IMG/VR virus record: IMGVR_UViG_3300002042_000001
Location: 1-64,000 of that record
Length of the DNA stretch: 64,000 nucleotides
DNA from: a virus
Direction: 5' to 3' (one strand)
Positions 39,660 through 48,794 of this stretch are shown here, one piece after another. Below the pieces are notes generated by a model, which worked only from the letters and a program-made list of their open reading frames with translations, was not told the DNA's origin and did not search any database. Positions within the stretch are counted from its first letter, which is position 1, and each line of letters opens with the position of its first letter. A program made the translations under genes and the position numbers.

Positions 39660-41191
39660 GTCGTTCGCCTCTTGAAGCCTATGTTAGCATAATCAAAGTC
39701 CTCACCAGGCTTCAACACACCTTCAACAAATCCTGGCGTCTGGTCTACAATCGCCTTTCGTTGTTTAGCGTGTTTGATAAGGTGTTTGTTCGTTCTATCG
39801 ATAAAGTCTACCACTAGAGCTACATTCGGTCCAACTGATTTTCTACGCAAGCAACGACCGATACGCTGCCTGATAGCGACTTCAGCCTTGCCACCACCAG
39901 CGAGTACCAAAATACCCACTGCCGGCACGTCAACACCAACGTCGAGAATGGTGGAGCCGATCACATAATCGAATTCACCTGAAGCGAGCATATCAAGTGA
40001 TATTTGCCGCTTATCTTTGTTACTCTCACCAAAGATGAAAGCACCACGCAGTCCGGCTTGCTGCAACATTTCATGCAGTATCTTACCATGCTTGCGTTTC
40101 TGAATAAGGATTAAACCAGGCAGTCCGAACCTGGAAGCCCGAATGATTTCAGCACACACGTGCTTATTGCGTAAGTGGTTCGAGATAATACCAACATCTT
40201 CGGCTTTCTGCCACGCTGTACCTCGACGCAGACGATCTGGCATTTTACAATCGACATACTTAAATATCGGGGTTGCGAGAATGCCACATTTAATAAGCTG
40301 CTCTTCAGATACGTCGATACGAATAGGTCCGAACGAACCAATCAACTTCATATTACTTTCAGCGTCTCGCATTAACGGCGTTGCCGTTAACGCAAGCCGA
40401 TACGGTGCGTTCTTACATTTCTGCAAGACCAGATAGTAACCGCCGCCAGAGCTTTCGTGTGCCTCTTCACCGATCACGAATTCGATGGAAGACAAGAAGT
40501 CTAAAGCTTCATCCTTCTTTTCTTGATGTGCTGCGGCGCCTAATTGAATTTCTTGCTTGGTCTGTTTGTAATAATCAGGCTCATAATCAGCAATGCGCTG
40601 TTGCAACGTCTGCACCATACTCAGCACCACGTCACCAGACGTGTCCCACTGACTATCGCCGATGTAGCTGCACTTGAAGCCGCTTTTCTTCAGCGACTTC
40701 CCCATTTGATACAGCAACACCTGTCGCGTCGTGATAAACATCGTCTTGCGACCGATGCGCTTAATACACAGCGCAGCGACGCGTGATTTACCACCACCAG
40801 TCGCGATACGTGCGATCATGCTACCATGCTTCTCTAACGTGCGCACAGTCTTGAATTGATATTCGCGATCATCGTCTGCTGGGAATTCATCAACCAAAGG
40901 CTCATCCGGCGTGGGCATCGGACCCAGTGGGGTTGGTAGCGCTTTACGGTGATAGTCAAACTCGACACCAGCTTGCTTCAAAACGTTAATGACGGTAGGT
41001 ACGAAACCTGCTGGGAATTTGCCGCTCGACCAATCAAACAGGTCTGAGAAGCCGTCCCAGGAGCCGTTACCAACAAACTCGGAGCCCTCGATCTTGTACG
41101 AGAGAGCTTCTTTAATAGCAAACTTTGTCGGGTCATCGATACCATCGACCTTACCGGCAACTGCTGAGTGTAGGAGACGTGCTTTAGTCAT
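39656..41191 (-). CDS. superfamily 2 DEAD/DEAH-box helicase
   Basis: Walker A ATGGGKS, DExH-like GEEAHE, C-terminal helicase motifs. Confidence 0.85.
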   Translation of the reverse strand: MTKARLLHSAVAGKVDGIDDPTKFAIKEALSYKIEGSEFVGNGSWDGFSDLFDWSSGKFPAGFVPTVINVLKQAGVEFDYHRKALPTPLGPMPTPDEPLVDEFPADDDREYQFKTVRTLEKHGSMIARIATGGGKSRVAALCIKRIGRKTMFITTRQVLLYQMGKSLKKSGFKCSYIGDSQWDTSGDVVLSMVQTLQQRIADYEPDYYKQTKQEIQLGAAAHQEKKDEALDFLSSIEFVIGEEAHESSGGGYYLVLQKCKNAPYRLALTATPLMRDAESNMKLIGSFGPIRIDVSEEQLIKCGILATPIFKYVDCKMPDRLRRGTAWQKAEDVGIISNHLRNKHVCAEIIRASRFGLPGLILIQKRKHGKILHEMLQQAGLRGAFIFGESNKDKRQISLDMLASGEFDYVIGSTILDVGVDVPAVGILVLAGGGKAEVAIRQRIGRCLRRKSVGPNVALVVDFIDRTNKHLIKHAKQRKAIVDQTPGFVEGVLKPGEDFDYANIGFKRRTT

Positions 41192-41197
41192 TCGCGC

Positions 41198-41226
41198 ATA
41201 TTACCACTACAAGACAAGCTTTGCAA
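41198..41226 (-). promoter_or_regulatory. sigma70 promoter TTGCAA-17-TAATAT, only 6 nt from helicase ATG (leaderless candidate)
   Basis: minus strand: -35 at 41226-41221, -10 at 41203-41198, ATG at 41191. Confidence 0.55.
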
Positions 41227-41255
41227 GTATTACTGTATTCACCTTGTCGCGAAGC

Positions 41256-41277
41256 ATATTACCACATTTGGTAATAT
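41256..41277. promoter_or_regulatory. palindrome atattacca-catt-tggtaatat giving TGgTAATAT extended -10 boxes on both strands
   Basis: 9-bp arms; part of the 12-nt direct repeat gcatattaccac (41196-207 and 41254-265). Confidence 0.5.
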
Positions 41278-41290
41278 AGGGCTTCCAATT

Positions 41291-41317
41291 GCGGAGAATA
41301 TGGTGTATATTCTCCGC
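41291..41317. repeat. 11-bp-arm palindrome in the 5' UTR of the ParB-like gene
   Basis: gcggagaatat-ggtgt-atattctccgc. Confidence 0.85.
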
Positions 41318-41334
41318 ACATACGAGGATATTGC

Positions 41335-41988
41335 ATGAATTATGAACAAATCGACCCACGTTTGATAAAGCCAAACTCTTGGAATTCAAACGTTGTTAGC
41401 CACGAGAATGAATTGAAGTTGCGCAAATCGATTGAGCGTAACGGTCTTTTCAAACCGATTGTTGTACGCACACTCACAGACGGCTCCCTGGAATGCCTGG
41501 GTGGCATCCATAGAGCCGAGCAATCAGCAGAGCTAGGTCTCAGCGAAATTCCAGTCATCAACCTTGGTGAAATCTCCGACGATCAAGCGAAGGAAATCAG
41601 TCTCGCCGACAACGCTCGGTATGGTATCGACGACTCTTCAAAGCTGTACGAAATCCTGAAAGACATGGATGCAGATGTAGTCGAAGATATTATGCCATGG
41701 ACAACTGAAGATATGGAAGCTATAACAGCTTCCTTAGCTGTTGAAATCGAAGAGCTTGATTTAGACGAGCCAGAAATCGAAGAAGAGAAGAAGGATAATG
41801 AAGAAGCGCCAGAAAAGACTGAACGCACCCACCAGTTGATGCGGTATCGTGTATCAGTTGCGGGCGCGGCGGGCATTTCGGCGATAATCAAGAAGACGAT
41901 GAAAGAGCAAGGCTTCACCAAAGAGGACGATCTTACCAATGCTGGTGACGCCCTCGAATATCTGATCGGACAACTCGATAATGAGTAA
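41335..41988 (+). CDS. ParB N-terminal domain (ParB/Srx-like) protein with acidic linker
   Basis: LFKPIVVR ... LGGIHRAE motif pattern. Confidence 0.7.
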   Translation: MNYEQIDPRLIKPNSWNSNVVSHENELKLRKSIERNGLFKPIVVRTLTDGSLECLGGIHRAEQSAELGLSEIPVINLGEISDDQAKEISLADNARYGIDDSSKLYEILKDMDADVVEDIMPWTTEDMEAITASLAVEIEELDLDEPEIEEEKKDNEEAPEKTERTHQLMRYRVSVAGAAGISAIIKKTMKEQGFTKEDDLTNAGDALEYLIGQLDNE

Positions 41989-42154
41989 CTACATTGATGA
42001 AGACGAAGAGGAACCGAAATTCTCTGAATGTCTTACGTGCAAAAACTTTAACCGCAAGCGCATTTGTAATCAATGCGACTCAGGTGAATTCTTCGAGGAA
42101 GAAGACCCTGAAGGTATCGACGACTTTTTCAACGGAGATAAATATGACCGCTAA
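41981..42154 (+). CDS. 57-aa zinc-ribbon protein (CxxC-N9-CxxC), acidic
   Basis: ATG 41981 overlaps upstream end; TAA 42152-42154 overlaps next start. Confidence 0.45.
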   Translation: MSNYIDEDEEEPKFSECLTCKNFNRKRICNQCDSGEFFEEEDPEGIDDFFNGDKYDR

Positions 42155-42821
42155 AGTAGACCCATATAACTTGGCAGAATTGCCAATCGAACAGTGGAAT
42201 GTATCTGACCTCAAACCGTACGAGCGTAATACCAAAGTGCACAGTGATGCACACGTGTTGAAGCTCGCCAAGTCAATCAAGGCAGATGGATTGTATGATG
42301 CGATCATCGTCGATGCGCAAGGCGTGATTATCGCCGGTCATGGTCGTTGGCAGGCTGTCACAGAATTGGGCTGGCAGAAGGTTCCAGTGAAGTGCGCCAA
42401 AAACTTGTCGAGAAACCAAGCTGATGCGGCACGTATCGCACACAACAAAACTTCGTCTGTTGAATACGACGCCGATTATATGGCTGAAGAGTTGCAACGC
42501 CTGTCGAAAGCAGACGATGTTGACGTTTATGCCTTCTTGGATGATAACGAAGTTGAAATGTTTATCGAAGACGTGGGCGAGCCTGACCTTGGTGCTTTCG
42601 CTGACGATCTTGAAGGTGACATTGACCTTCAGGAGCAAGATTCGAAAGACAAGGTTGAAGAGATTGACGCCTCGGAAGAGAAGATCGTCAAAGTCCTGGG
42701 TTTCAATTCAATCCCAATTGCAGCTTCTAAAGATGTTCGCCGATTTATGGCTGATATTGAAGCTGAGACAGGGAAAGAGGGTGCAGAAGCATTCGTGGAG
42801 TGGTGCAATGGCCGAACCTGA
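42144..42821 (+). CDS. second ParB-like nuclease-domain protein
   Basis: GGAG before ATG 42144; DLKPYERNTKVH ... IIAGHGRWQA motifs. Confidence 0.7.
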   Translation: MTAKVDPYNLAELPIEQWNVSDLKPYERNTKVHSDAHVLKLAKSIKADGLYDAIIVDAQGVIIAGHGRWQAVTELGWQKVPVKCAKNLSRNQADAARIAHNKTSSVEYDADYMAEELQRLSKADDVDVYAFLDDNEVEMFIEDVGEPDLGAFADDLEGDIDLQEQDSKDKVEEIDASEEKIVKVLGFNSIPIAASKDVRRFMADIEAETGKEGAEAFVEWCNGRT

Positions 42822-43119
42822 AGAAAAACCAAGCAATGTCCATGATATATGGACTGGTCGCCCAACTGACAAATGTCTCGACGATGAATATTTCCAGATC
42901 GAGAAGGAGCGTACACTGAAAACGCTCGAAGAATTGAAGGAAGCGGTCGAGAAAGACGAATGCGTAGGTATCGCTATCGTGATGGGCCACCGTCACGGTA
43001 TGAATCGAGAGCTTACTAACGTCACTACCGTATTCTCAGGTGCAGCTTCGGAGTACAGCGCCACTTTCATGGGTGGGTTGGATATTCTGAAGCAGCGAAT
43101 TTATGAGGATAATCTATGA
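42808..43119 (+). CDS. hypothetical protein
   Basis: ATG 42808 within ORF 42424-43119. Confidence 0.55.
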   Translation: MAEPEEKPSNVHDIWTGRPTDKCLDDEYFQIEKERTLKTLEELKEAVEKDECVGIAIVMGHRHGMNRELTNVTTVFSGAASEYSATFMGGLDILKQRIYEDNL

Positions 43120-43751
43120 CGAAACTTACGCTCAATAAATCATTCAACAGCAAGGTTGAACGATCACCGCGAGTTATCAAGGTTGCAGAAGCCTTTGGGC
43201 TCGGTATGGAAGATCACGAGTTTGTCGTTCTGGATGAAGTCGAATTGGAAATCAATGACGGTGATATCGTTTATGTCGAGGGACAGTCTGGTTCCGGTAA
43301 GTCGGTGTTGCTGCGCGAAGCTGTCGCCGGCTTAGAAGCTGCCGGCAAGTCGGTTATGAATATCGACGATATTGAGTTTGAGGACAAACCACTAATCGAC
43401 CAGATTGGTGACTCACTCGCAGATGCAATGCGCTTACTGTCGTTTGCAGGTCTAAATGACGCGTATCTGTACATTAGATCACCAAAGCAGCTATCAGATG
43501 GTCAGAAGTACCGTTTTCGTCTCGCTAAGCTTGTAGAAGCGAATGCAGACGTTTGGGTAGCAGATGAATTCGGTGCTGTTCTCGACCGTGTTACCGCGAA
43601 GCTGGTAGCCTTCAACCTAGCGAAGACTGCTCGCCGCAATGGTAAGACTTTGATGGTCGCCACGACACACAAAGATTTGGTCGGTGAGTTGGCGCCTAAT
43701 ATTCAGGTGACCAAGCGCTATAACGACCGTATCGAGATTAAGAATGGATAG
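43116..43751 (+). CDS. stand-alone ABC-type ATPase domain
   Basis: Walker A GQSGSGKS, signature LSDGQKYR, Walker B VWVADEF, H-loop TTH. Confidence 0.75.
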   Translation: MTKLTLNKSFNSKVERSPRVIKVAEAFGLGMEDHEFVVLDEVELEINDGDIVYVEGQSGSGKSVLLREAVAGLEAAGKSVMNIDDIEFEDKPLIDQIGDSLADAMRLLSFAGLNDAYLYIRSPKQLSDGQKYRFRLAKLVEANADVWVADEFGAVLDRVTAKLVAFNLAKTARRNGKTLMVATTHKDLVGELAPNIQVTKRYNDRIEIKNG

Positions 43752-44649
43752 TTTCGAGCATCAAATTCTGATCGAAGACGATCACCCGTGGGAAGTTGAC
43801 CGAACCACTATGGAGCCCGTGCTTGGGCTCGTAGGTGATATGACTGTGCAACGCGGAACCATTGAGGATTGGCGTCAGTTAGAAGACCTACACTACAAAC
43901 AAGCCGGCAAGCTGCCGGCAGGTTCGCACCACTTCACGTTAAAGCTTGATGGGGAGTTGATCGGTTGTCTGGTAATGGCATCACCGAAGTTGTTGTTGAA
44001 AGAGCGCCATGTGTTATTTCCGAAGATCAAACCAACTGGTCAGGACACAAAGCTGACCAACCAATATCGAATGAAATGGATTAACGCAAACATGGCTGTT
44101 GTGGCTCGCGTCGTGGTTGATACCATGTATCGCGGTGCTGGACTTGCTCAACGGTTTACGAATATCGCCAGCCGGATGGAAGGCAAGCGTTACATTGAAA
44201 TTCAAAGCTCAATGTCGAAGTACAATCTGTTCGCTCACAAGGCTGGTTTCAGGTTCGTAAAACCTATGCGATCAAACAAGTACGAAGTCGGCCTTAAATT
44301 CTTTCGCAGCACTTTCGAGAGTAACCCCGCCGACCTAGAACAGATATTGGACGAGTGGTCGTCTAAAGATCAGGTCGAACGAGACGCCATCGAAGCGGCG
44401 ACTAAGAAATTCTACCTAGCGAATAGCGCCTTGGAGAAGACGGGTAAAAGCCTAGGTGGAGTTGGTGAAGCAAGGGTTGAACGGATGACTATGCGTGATT
44501 GCGTTAGCTCTTTACAGCAGATGGTTTTGGCTAGTCCATTGTACGGTGTTTATGTCAATCCTGATGTTGGTCGTGAAGACCTACCAGAAGTTATTCCGAT
44601 TTCGTGGTTTGATAATCAAGCGGTTGGAAAGAAGATGGTGGTAAAATGA
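43744..44649 (+). CDS. GNAT-like acetyltransferase-fold protein
   Basis: VARVVVDTMYRGAGLAQRF resembles GNAT motif A; ...LFAHKAGF. Confidence 0.5.
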   Translation: MDSFEHQILIEDDHPWEVDRTTMEPVLGLVGDMTVQRGTIEDWRQLEDLHYKQAGKLPAGSHHFTLKLDGELIGCLVMASPKLLLKERHVLFPKIKPTGQDTKLTNQYRMKWINANMAVVARVVVDTMYRGAGLAQRFTNIASRMEGKRYIEIQSSMSKYNLFAHKAGFRFVKPMRSNKYEVGLKFFRSTFESNPADLEQILDEWSSKDQVERDAIEAATKKFYLANSALEKTGKSLGGVGEARVERMTMRDCVSSLQQMVLASPLYGVYVNPDVGREDLPEVIPISWFDNQAVGKKMVVK

Positions 44650-44735
44650 CCTTATTCGAGATATTATTCTTGTTCGGTGCGGGAGTGTGGACATGGAGAC
44701 AAATAGAGGATTCGTTTGATGAAAGCATTGGATGA
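44646..44735 (+). CDS. 29-aa TM peptide
   Basis: ATGA coupling to upstream stop. Confidence 0.25.
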   Translation: MTLFEILFLFGAGVWTWRQIEDSFDESIG

Positions 44736-45018
44736 CAAGAAGCGTAGTGTCTTGATGACGAGCAAACAAATACGCATTCTCAAAGCTCTTGTCAAGCGAA
44801 ACACCGATGGTTCGGCTCTTGACGTGTATCAGTTAATCGACTGTACAGCGCCAGGAACAACTCGCGGTGCTATGATGTGTTCTCTCCGACACATGTTCAC
44901 TCACGGCTTGATTGAAGATGGTGCGAAGGTAATTCGAAATAGCAGATCACGCCGAACGTTTGAGATTACAAAGCTTGGTGCGGATATGATTAGACCTGAG
45001 AACCTGCCGACCAGTTAG
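44719..45018 (+). CDS. winged-helix DNA-binding protein
   Basis: ORF track 44716-45018; MarR/PadR-like helix pattern (weak). Confidence 0.5.
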   Translation: MKALDDKKRSVLMTSKQIRILKALVKRNTDGSALDVYQLIDCTAPGTTRGAMMCSLRHMFTHGLIEDGAKVIRNSRSRRTFEITKLGADMIRPENLPTS

Positions 45019-45251
45019 ACCGAAATCGATTCCCTTACGCGTGCGCGTAAATAATATATATAATATAACTTATAGGTTAGATAATATGATTCAAGATTCA
45101 GATTATGATTCTGTCTTTTATACCTTTCTTCGAAAGGTAAGAAACGCGGTTTTTTCTCTCTACTTTCACTTAGGACTTTCATCTATGAGTCCTACGGTGT
45201 TAGAATATTCTGACCTAGAAACCGAATATGAAATCTCTCGGAGTTACGACT

Positions 45252-45821
45252 ATGAGTAAAACACTTACACCTTCTGACTGGGCTGAAGCTCAAACACTCT
45301 TCGAACGCGGCGAGAAGTCTATTCAAGAGATTGCTGACATGCACGGTGTTACGCGTCAGTCGATCTATCAAGGTTTTAACAGACGTGGTGTGAAAGGTCA
45401 ATCGCGGTTGTCTGAGGTTATGGAAGAGACCACCGATGCTGCGAAAGAAGCCCGCGATGCCCGCTTGAAGAAAGCGAATGTGAAGCGCGACCAGTATTCC
45501 GCGTACAACGATGCGCTCGCACGTATTGCGATGAAGAAACTGCTTGCTGCTGACAAGAGCGGCAACCTGTCTGTCGTGAACGCTGATCTTATCGCTATCA
45601 AAAACGCTGGTGTCATTATCGAACGCGCTCGCAAAGAGGGTTGGGATATCGAACGTATTGACGAATTGCTGGGCGACGACGATGGTCTGCTGCCTGACTT
45701 GAACGTTGGTGAATACGACAACAAAGAGTTGGAAGCTATTCAGAAAGCCAACGAAGACGAGTATCTGCAATCGATTATCTCGGAAGATGATGAAGATGAC
45801 GAGGAAGGTGAAGACGAGTAA
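45252..45821 (+). CDS. terS: terminase small subunit
   Basis: N-terminal HTH (SIQEIADMHGVTRQSIYQ), acidic tail, immediately upstream of TerL. Confidence 0.65.
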   Translation: MSKTLTPSDWAEAQTLFERGEKSIQEIADMHGVTRQSIYQGFNRRGVKGQSRLSEVMEETTDAAKEARDARLKKANVKRDQYSAYNDALARIAMKKLLAADKSGNLSVVNADLIAIKNAGVIIERARKEGWDIERIDELLGDDDGLLPDLNVGEYDNKELEAIQKANEDEYLQSIISEDDEDDEEGEDE

Positions 45822-45826
45822 GCGCA

Positions 45827-47086
45827 ATGGCTCATTACAGCATGCCAAATATCGATATAAAGCTCCACGGGGCGCAAGCACAGGTCTTTCGATCTAGGGC
45901 TCGCTTCCGTGTGCTTGTAGCTGGTCGTCGTTTCGGTAAAACGCACCTTGCGCGTACCGAGATTATTCGCGCAGCACGTGGCGCCGGCAAAAAACTAATC
46001 TGGTACATTGCACCAACATTCGGCATGGCACGTGAGATTATGTGGGATGATTTGCTGGACGCCCTGCCAGATAGTTGGATTGCGAAGACGCACGAAACGC
46101 GACTTGAAATTCGATTGATTAACGGCTCGGTCATTCAGCTTAAAGGCGCCGACCGTGGTGATACGCTGCGTGGTCGTGGTGTTAATTTCATCGTGCTTGA
46201 CGAATATCAGGACTTCAAACCTGAGATTTGGGATAAGGTTCTTTACCCGACGCTAACCAACACTCGCGGTAAGATGGTTTGTATTGGCACGCCTAAGTCG
46301 TTCAACCACTTCTACGAAATGTACGAGTCAGGTCAGGATGAAAAGAATAGGCTGTCTGGTAAGTGGGCTTCCTGGCAGTTCCCGACGATCATGTCGCCGT
46401 TCATCCCGCCATCCGAGATTGATTACGCTCGCGAGCATCTTGACCCTAAAACCTTTCGTCAGGAATTCGAAGCGTCGTTCGAAACAATGTCCGGTCGTGT
46501 GTATTATACATTCGAACGTGGAATTCATGTTGGTAAATATCCATTCAATCCGAAGTTACCAATTATCGTCGGACAGGATTTTAACGTGGACCCAATGTCT
46601 TCGGTGATTATGCAACAGCAACCAAACGGTGACGTGTGGATTGTTGATGAAATTTACCTGCCGAGTTCGAACGTGGTTGAAACCTGTGAAGAGCTAGACC
46701 GTAAGTATTTCAAGCAGCGCAAGCAAATCACAATCTACCCCGACCCTGCTGGCGGTAATAGATCATCATCGCGGGGTGAAAGCGATCTTGATATTTTCAG
46801 ACAACGCGGGTATAAGAAGCTCATATATAAGAAGAAACACCCTTTGGTGTCAGATCGTATCGCTACCGTCAATGGTATGTGGATGAGTGCTGATGGTACG
46901 CCAAAGATGTTTGTTGATAAGCGCTGTAAGCATTTGATTTCGTCGATGGAGCAAACCATGTACAAGTCTGGTACGCCTGTCGTTGATAAGTCAATGGGTA
47001 TGGAACACATGGCTGATGCTTTAGGTTATCCCATCCATTATCTGTACGGTCAACGTTTCAAGAAAATGATTGGCTATAATTTCTAA
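45827..47086 (+). CDS. terL: terminase large subunit
   Basis: Walker A-like AGRRFGKT, Walker B FIVLDE, C-terminal nuclease-size domain. Confidence 0.85.
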   Translation: MAHYSMPNIDIKLHGAQAQVFRSRARFRVLVAGRRFGKTHLARTEIIRAARGAGKKLIWYIAPTFGMAREIMWDDLLDALPDSWIAKTHETRLEIRLINGSVIQLKGADRGDTLRGRGVNFIVLDEYQDFKPEIWDKVLYPTLTNTRGKMVCIGTPKSFNHFYEMYESGQDEKNRLSGKWASWQFPTIMSPFIPPSEIDYAREHLDPKTFRQEFEASFETMSGRVYYTFERGIHVGKYPFNPKLPIIVGQDFNVDPMSSVIMQQQPNGDVWIVDEIYLPSSNVVETCEELDRKYFKQRKQITIYPDPAGGNRSSSRGESDLDIFRQRGYKKLIYKKKHPLVSDRIATVNGMWMSADGTPKMFVDKRCKHLISSMEQTMYKSGTPVVDKSMGMEHMADALGYPIHYLYGQRFKKMIGYNF

Positions 47087-47104
47087 TTGAGGTATACTGG
47101 CGCG

Positions 47105-48724
47105 ATGACAATTCAACTTAGCCAACTTAAAGCAGCCGGTCACGATCAATTGAAGAATCTGATCGAGCGACGCCATCCTGATTATCAGGATAAACATGAC
47201 CACTGGGAGTTCATGGAGCTTTCGTACGTGGGTGGTCGTGATTGGATTGATTCGAATATCTTTACCTATCACAAAGAGGGTCACAAGGAATTCGAAAAGC
47301 GTAAAGAACGCGCTTACCGCTTCCCGCACAGTCGGGAAGTTGTGTCTTTGGTGAACAAATATGTTTTCAAAGGCTCGATTGAGCGTAAGAAAGAGCTTCC
47401 GCAGCATGTCAGTGATTTTTGGGGCGCGTCTACTTTGCTGAAGCGCCCAATCGAAGATTTGATGAATACTATTTCCGCCTGGACTTCAACGTTCGGTCGT
47501 ATTTGGGTTGTCGTCGATAACAACATTCCAGAACACGTTGTAACCGAAGCAGATCGCAAAGCTTCTAAGGGTCGTACGTACGCGTATTTCCTGAAGCCGC
47601 AAGACGTGTACGACTTCGAGTACGATGACGATGGTGAGCTTGAATGGATGGTCAATGTTGAGTTTTACCGCGAGTCGGGTTCTCCGCTTGAAAATTCTGG
47701 TGGCGTAAAGCAACGCTACCGTATCTGGACCAAAGAATATACGGCTGTCATAAGCGAAGATAAAACCTCTGGTGAAAAGATTTTCAGCCTGGACCAATCA
47801 AGTATCAAAGAAACAAACTTGGGCATTGTTCCGGTGTTTCCAGCCGATCACATTACAACCGACGATCTATATTCCGCTAACGCATTGATTGAAGACGTTG
47901 CGTACTTGGACCGTGCTGTTGCAAACTACCTGTCTAACCTCGACGTGATTATTCAGGACCAAACGTTCTCGCAGCTTGCTATCCCGTATCAGGGTTTGCT
48001 TCCCAGCGAAGCTATCGTGGATGGTGACGATGACGACGATGGTTACGCCGATCAGATGAACCACATTCAACAGATGGGTACGAAGCGTGTCTTCGCCTAC
48101 AATGCTGAAGGTGGTGTCGCGCCTGAATTCATTTCGCCGGACGTTAAACAGGCTGATATCATCATGCGAGCGGTCTCTAAGATCGTCGGTGAGATTTATC
48201 ACTCTATCGGTATGGCTGGCGAGCGTACAAAAGAAGACAACGCTGCTGGTATCGATAATAGCTCTGGTGTTGCGAAAGCATACGATTTTGAGCGTCTAAA
48301 CGCTATGCTAGCTGCAAAAGCACGGTCGCTGCAAACTATTGAGCATAACATGATTCGTATCGTGAACGCTTGGTATGGTAAGAACGCTGAATTGCAAGAT
48401 ACAGAAAACTTCGTGACCTATCCGCAAACTTTCGACGTGCGTAACCTCGCTGATGAAATGGATAATGCACAGCGTCTATCTGTAATGAACGCACCGAAGT
48501 CTATTCGCAAACAACAGATGAAACGTCTCGGCGAGAAGATGTTCCCGCAGGCTGAAGAAAAAGAAATCAAGGATATTCACAAGGATATCGAAGACGAATG
48601 GTTGGAGATTGATGAAGATCAGTTCGGTCCACCACCTACTATGGACTCGACGAAAGATAAGCCTGTTCCTGGCAAGAAGAATACTCAAGGTGAGAACCGC
48701 AAAGAGGGCGATAAAGAGGAATAG
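47105..48724 (+). CDS. portal protein
   Basis: about 540 aa directly after TerL; start TTG 47087 or ATG 47105. Confidence 0.7.
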   Translation: MTIQLSQLKAAGHDQLKNLIERRHPDYQDKHDHWEFMELSYVGGRDWIDSNIFTYHKEGHKEFEKRKERAYRFPHSREVVSLVNKYVFKGSIERKKELPQHVSDFWGASTLLKRPIEDLMNTISAWTSTFGRIWVVVDNNIPEHVVTEADRKASKGRTYAYFLKPQDVYDFEYDDDGELEWMVNVEFYRESGSPLENSGGVKQRYRIWTKEYTAVISEDKTSGEKIFSLDQSSIKETNLGIVPVFPADHITTDDLYSANALIEDVAYLDRAVANYLSNLDVIIQDQTFSQLAIPYQGLLPSEAIVDGDDDDDGYADQMNHIQQMGTKRVFAYNAEGGVAPEFISPDVKQADIIMRAVSKIVGEIYHSIGMAGERTKEDNAAGIDNSSGVAKAYDFERLNAMLAAKARSLQTIEHNMIRIVNAWYGKNAELQDTENFVTYPQTFDVRNLADEMDNAQRLSVMNAPKSIRKQQMKRLGEKMFPQAEEKEIKDIHKDIEDEWLEIDEDQFGPPPTMDSTKDKPVPGKKNTQGENRKEGDKEE

Positions 48725-48726
48725 GG

Positions 48727-48755
48727 TTGCCAAGGCGCCATTTGTGTTGTATATT
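48727..48755 (+). promoter_or_regulatory. sigma70 promoter TTGCCA-17-TATATT
   Basis: intergenic between portal and scaffold genes. Confidence 0.55.
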
Positions 48756-48794
48756 GCCCTGAAATGGTAATACAAATCAAGACAAGGTGTTTTT

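Noticed and set aside
45041-45259. ORF 45041-45259 (72 aa)
   Set aside because: It is AT-rich intergenic DNA with no SD. It is full of palindromes and an orphan leader copy, and it overlaps the terS start.
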